64,000 nucleotides of DNA, taken from assembly GCA_002269645.1 (NCBI GenBank), contig NIVC01000694.1:62001-126000 (forward strand). Reading direction: 5' to 3'. This document shows positions 59,501 through 64,000 of the stretch, piece after piece. The stretch comes from Macrostomum lignano (lineage: Eukaryota). The notes below the pieces were generated by a model. That model saw only the letters and a program-made list of their open reading frames with translations, was not told the origin of the DNA and searched no databases. Both the position numbers and the translations under genes were made by a program. The first letter of the stretch is position 1. Each line of letters starts with the position of its first letter.

Positions 59501-62500
59501 GGGTCCCAGAAAACTCAGTTAATTGCTGCGAAATCGGAGACTCGCATGCAGCGTTGCCATGACAACCGGCCCCATCTCCGGCAACGCCTCCTCCTCCAGG
59601 TCTTTCTCCAAAAGTACATTGAACGCCGGTCTCAAAATCTGCGAGCAGATTATCTAGCTGCCCCTGGCAACAACGCAGTTTTTAATAATGCAGATTTTCA
59701 CACCTTGGCTCAGCATTTGTTTCCCAATTCTGTCATTTTGAGTTCCCCGCCATTCGTGGCTGAGGCTGCGAGGCCGTGAGGCATTGAAAATATCTGAGAA
59801 GGGTCAGCTGCCCAGACCTGTCAGTCTCACTTTTCCTTTATCGAATTTGGCGCAGCATTAAAGTGCTAAACAAGAGGCCTATTTTCAGTGCCAGCTTGTC
59901 CTTTGTGTCACATTGGGTGGGGAAAATTGCACTCTTATTTGATTATGCCTGCAGAATTGATTTTTCTATGGCCAAATCTGCTTTAGGTCTGTTGCATTAT
60001 GTGTGCAGAATTGATTTTTCTATGGCCAAATCTGCTTTAGGTCTGTTGCATTATGCCTGCAGAATTGATTTTTCTATGGCCAAATCTGCTTTAGGTCTGT
60101 TGCATTATGCCTGCAGAATTGATTTTTCTATGGCCAAATCTGCTTTAGGTCTGTTGCATTATGTGTGCAGGATTGATTTTTCTATGGCCAAATCTGCTTT
60201 AGGTCTGTTGCATTATGTGTGCAGGATTGAAATTTATTTTGAGTGGAGTCCGGAGTGGATGGCAGAGTAGAGTCCGGAGTGGATGGCAGAGTGGAGTCCG
60301 GAGTGGATGGCAGAGTAGAGTCCGGAGTGGATGGCAGAGTAGAGTCCGGAGTGGATGGCAGAGTGGAGTCCGGAGTGGATGGCAGAGTAGAGTCCGGAGT
60401 GGATGGCAGAGTGGAGTCCGGAGTGGATGGCAGAGTGGAGTCCGGAGTGGATGGCAGAGTGGAGTCCGGAGTGGATGGCAGAGTGGAGTCCGGAGTGGAT
60501 GGCAGAGTAGAGTCCGGAGTGGATGGCAGAGTGGAGTCCGGAGTGGATGGCAGAGTGGAGTCCGGAGTGGATGGCAGAGTGGAGTCCGGAGTGGATGGCA
60601 GAGTAGAGTCCGGAGTGGATGGCAGAGTGGAGTCCGGAGTGGATGGCATGGAGTCCGGAGTGGATGGCAGAGTGGAGTCCGGAGTGGATGGCAGAGTGGA
60701 GTCCGGAGTGGATGGCAGAGTAGAGTCCGGAGTGGATGGCAGAGTGGAGTCCGGAGTGGATGGCATGGAGTCCGGAGTGGATGGCAGAGTGGAGTCCGGA
60801 GTGGATGGCAGAGTGGAGTCCGGAGTGGATGGCAGAGTAGAGTCCGGAGTGGATGGCAGAGTGGAGTCCGGAGTGGATGGCATGGAGTCCGGAGTGGATG
60901 GCAGAGTAGAGTCCTGAGTGGATGGCAGAGTGGAGTCCGGAGTGGATGGCATGGAGTCCGGAGTGGATGGCAGAGTGGAGTCCGGAGTGGATGGCATGGA
61001 GTCCGGAGTGGATGGCAGAGTGGAGTCCGGAGTGGATGGCATGGAGTCCGGAGTGGATGGCAGAGTGGAGTCCGGAGTGGATGGCATGGAGTCCGGAGTG
61101 GATGGCAGAGTGGAGTCCGGAGTGGATGGCATGGAGTCCGGAGTGGATGGCAGAGTGGAGTCCGGAGTGGATGGCAGAGTGGAGTCCGGAGTGGATGGCA
61201 GAGTGGAGTCCGGAGTGGATGGCAGAGTGGAGTCCTGAGTGGATGGCAGAGTGGAGTCCTGAGTGGATGGCATTGCAGAAATTCGCTCACTTTTTCCTGC
61301 CCTGGCCATCACAGGCTGAACAGGCGGCCCGCCTGGCCACCGCTCCGTACGCGGCCGTTTTGTGCCCCTGGCCGCTGCACTCGCCGCACTTAACCTGCCG
61401 ACGCCCCTTGCAGCGGTTGCAGCTGATCTGGCCGCGCTGCTTGCAATGGTGGCAGGGCTGGCGGGTGGTCGGGCGGGGGGGGGTTCGCGAGTCTTCGTTT
61501 AAATAAAAAAGTTAAATAGAATGGGTTTTGGGGTAGAGTGGGTGTCGGGTAGAGTGGGTGTTGGGTAGAGTGGGTGTCGGGTAGAGTGGATGTTAGGCAG
61601 AGTGGGTGTTGGGTAGAGTGGGTGTCTGGTAGAGTGGGTGTCGGGTAGAGTGGGTGTCGGGTAGAGTGGGTGTCGGGTAGAGTGGATGTTGGGTAGAGTG
61701 GGTGTCGGGTAGAGTGGGTGTAGGGTAGAGTGGATGTTGGATAGAGTGGGTGTTGGGTAGAGTGGGTGTCTGGTAGAGTGGGTGTTGGGTAGAGTGGGTG
61801 TCGGGTAGAGTGGGTGTCGGGTAGAGTGGATGTTGGGTAGAGTGGGTGTCGGGTAGAGTGGATGTTGGGTAGAGTGGGTGTTGGGTAGAGTGGGTGTTGG
61901 GCAGAGTGGGTGTTGGGCAGAGTGGGTGTAGGGTAGAGTGGGTGTCGGGTAGAGTGGGTGTTGGGTAGAGTGGGTGTCTGGTAGAGTGGGTGTTGGGTAG
62001 AGTGGGTGTCGGGTAGAGTGGGTGTCGGGTAGAGTGGATGTTGGGTAGAGTGGGTGTCGGGTAGAGTGGATGTTGGGTAGAGTGGGTGTTGGGTAGAGTG
62101 GGTGTTGGGCAGAGTGGGTGTTGGGCAGAGTGGGTGTAGGGTAGAGTGGGTGTCGGGTAGAGTGGGTGTTGGGTAGAGTGGGTGTAGGGTAGAGTGGGTG
62201 TCGGGTAGAGTGGGTGTTGGGTAGAGTGGGTGTCTGGTAGAGTGGGTGTCGGGTAGAGTGGATGTTAGGCAGAGTGGGTGTTGGGTAGAGTGGGTGTCTG
62301 GTAGAGTGGGTGTTGGGTAGAGTGGGTGTCGGGTAGAGTGGGTGTCGGGTAGAGTGGATGTTGGGTAGAGTGGGTGTTGGGTAGAGTGGGTGTCTGGTAG
62401 AGTGGGTGTTGGGTAGAGTGGGTGTCGGGTAGAGTGGGTGTCGGGTAGAGTGGATGTTGGGTAGAGTGGGTGTCGGGTAGAGTGGATGTTGGGTAGAGTG

Positions 62501-63900
62501 GGTGTTGGGTAGAGTGGGTGTCGGGTAGAGTGGATGTTGGGTAGAGTGGGTGTCGGGTAGAGTGGATGTTGGGTAGAGTGGGTGTTGGGTAGAGTGGGTG
62601 TCGGGTAGAGTGGATGTTGGGTAGAGTGGGTGTCGGGTAGAGTGGATGTTGGGTAGAGTGGGTGTCGGGTAGAGTGGATGTTGGGTAGAGTGGGTGTCGG
62701 GTAGAGTGGATGTTAGGCAGAGTGGGATTTAGAGACTTATCCCCTCACCTTGACTGTGTCGGTGTGAGGCACGATGCCCTCTCTGTCCTCGTCCTCGAAC
62801 ATGTCGGAGGGCTTCAGCTCGACATCCCAGGGCCCGGGGACGCGGCCGGAGTCCCTGCTGTCAACCTCCTCCTGGCCGGTGAAGGGCTTGTAGGTCCAGC
62901 AGGTGTAGCGGGCCTCCAGGAAGGACTCCAAGTCGTACTGCGGAGTTCGAGGGAGACGACCAGCGTTTGATTCGGGGGAATCTGGGGGGGGGGGGAGGTT
63001 CAGTTGGAGAAACTCAGCTCAGTTGGGTGAGACTCACGTGCCAGGCCAAGGTGTTCTCAACCTTGGTGATCGGCAGATCCTTGATGAAGTCCCGGCCTCG
63101 GCAGCACTGCTCAGCTGCCGCCTGCAGCAGAATGTCGCGGGCCATCGCCTCTGTCACTTTCGGCAGCCTGCGGAAATGGGAGCGAGGGGTCAGCCAGTCC
63201 GTCCCCGCCTGTCCCAGCCAGTCCGTCCCCGCCTGTCCCAGCCAGTCCGTCCCCGCCTGTCCCAGCCAGTCCGTCCCCGCCTGTCCCAGCCAGTCCGTCC
63301 CCGCCTGTCCCAGCCAGTCCGTCCCCGCCTGTCCCAGCCAGTCCGTCCCCGCCTGTCCCAGCCAGTCCGTCCCCGCCTGTCCCAGCCAGTCCGTCCCCGC
63401 CTGTCCCAGCCAGTCCGTCCCCGCCTGTCCAAGCCAGTCCGTCCCCGCCTGTCCCAGCCAGTCCGTCCCCGCCTGCCCCAGACTCCAGGATTGAATTCCC
63501 AGATCCCAAGCCCAAAAAATTGCCAGTTTTCCTCCTGGGTGGCAGAATTCAGTTTGCATGGAAATTTCACCGGTGCTCTCTAGGCGAAACTCCACCAAGT
63601 TGATCAAACTGGCCAAACATTTTCGGAGAAAAACACGGGCGACGCAGCTGCGGTAGGGAAGCCGGCGCGGCTCTCACCTGCGTGCCGCAATTAATTGCTC
63701 TGAATTTGCTGCTCCTGGGGGGGGGCTTCTCATCCCGGAACTCGCGGGGGGGGGGCTGTGCAAACAAATTCAATCTGCCAAATCTCCCCAGGACTCAACA
63801 GCATCTGTGAGAGGCGCCACTCACTGCTGGAAGGTCTTGATTCCCGCGTCCGGGTCGAATCTGTAGGCCTCCTGCTTTGGCGCCGGCTGGTGTGACAGCT
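56511..63900 (-). CDS. SSUH2: SSUH2 homolog, 5' end outside window; exons 63900-63825, 63167-63038, 62937-62749, 61457-61291, 57781-57586, 56765-56511
   Basis: Six exons join in phase; [42 protein letters not shown], DnaJ-type CxxCxGxG zinc repeats, [31 protein letters not shown] and a C-terminal CCCSLL. Confidence 0.88.
56785..57572. repeat. (GAGT)n microsatellite with GAGTTCATGAGTCAT-type lead-in
   Basis: Read directly; fills the last intron. Confidence 0.98.
57805..59250. repeat. 26-bp minisatellite, ~55 units
   Basis: Unit CACTGGGTGAGAGTGGGAGTGAATGG. Confidence 0.97.
59940..60228. repeat. 54-bp tandem repeat x5
   Basis: Unit TGCAGAATTGATTTTTCTATGGCCAAATCTGCTTTAGGTCTGTTGCATTATG(CC/TG). 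Confidence 0.96.
60241..61272. repeat. 24/21-bp minisatellite, ~44 units
   Basis: Unit GAGTGGAGTCCGGAGTGGATGGCA with a 3-bp deletion variant. Confidence 0.97.
61530..62725. repeat. 16-bp G-rich minisatellite, ~75 units
   Basis: Unit GGGTAGAGTGGGTGT(C/T). Confidence 0.97.
63191..63480. repeat. 24-bp minisatellite x12
   Basis: Unit CAGCCAGTCCGTCCCCGCCTGTCC. Confidence 0.97.
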
Positions 63901-63932
63901 CTGCAATGGTTAGCGGCGGCGGACTGGCATGC

Positions 63933-64000
63933 GACTGGCATCTGACTGGCATCTGACTGGCATCTGACTGGCATCTGACTGGCATCTGACTGGCATCTGA
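63933..64000. repeat. 11-bp tandem repeat running off the window edge
   Basis: Unit CTGACTGGCAT. Confidence 0.9.

Noticed and set aside
48780-63616. Long repetitive ORFs over the 37/43-, 18-, 26-, 24-bp arrays
   Set aside because: They lie in introns or intergenic gaps defined by phase-consistent flanking exons and are simple translations of tandem units.
22743-64000. Rule that intronic arrays are always C-rich on the sense strand
   Set aside because: True for most SSUH2 introns, but not for the TMX1 intron, the 17-bp array or the 63191-63480 array.

Overview
Eukaryotic (animal) genomic DNA: GT-AG spliced genes with GC-rich codons, AT-rich intergenic DNA, and about 18 kb (~28%, my sum of array lengths) of minisatellite arrays. 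This style suggests a free-living flatworm such as Macrostomum, but that is inference only. Genes reconstructed by hand with phase-consistent splice sites: a Src-family-like SH3-SH2 gene that stops at the kinase P-loop, a candidate secreted Cys-rich protein, TMX1-like thioredoxin, a FAM166/CIMIP2-like ciliary protein (with a GC-AG intron), three tandem Rel-homology-domain (NF-kB/NFAT-like) genes, a ~1000-aa unknown beta-rich repeat protein, an intronless tandem-CCCH zinc-finger gene, and a 5'-incomplete SSUH2 homolog. Mobile elements: a full-length but degenerate APE-RT-RNaseH LINE inserted inside a 26-bp minisatellite, a 5'-truncated RTE-type LINE, a solo LTR splitting a 61-bp array, a DD34D mariner relic, two ~650-bp 9-bp-TSD MITEs, a foldback element and a tRNA-derived SINE. 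Most notable: (i) the compact, ankyrin-less RHD cluster whose three DNA-binding loops all lack the canonical Cys, and (ii) a duplicated locus where a short repeat inside a gene was amplified into a ~41-unit satellite, the gene copy died, and a LINE whose tail matches the repeat inserted in the middle. Most long ORFs in the supplied track are satellite read-throughs and are not called as genes.
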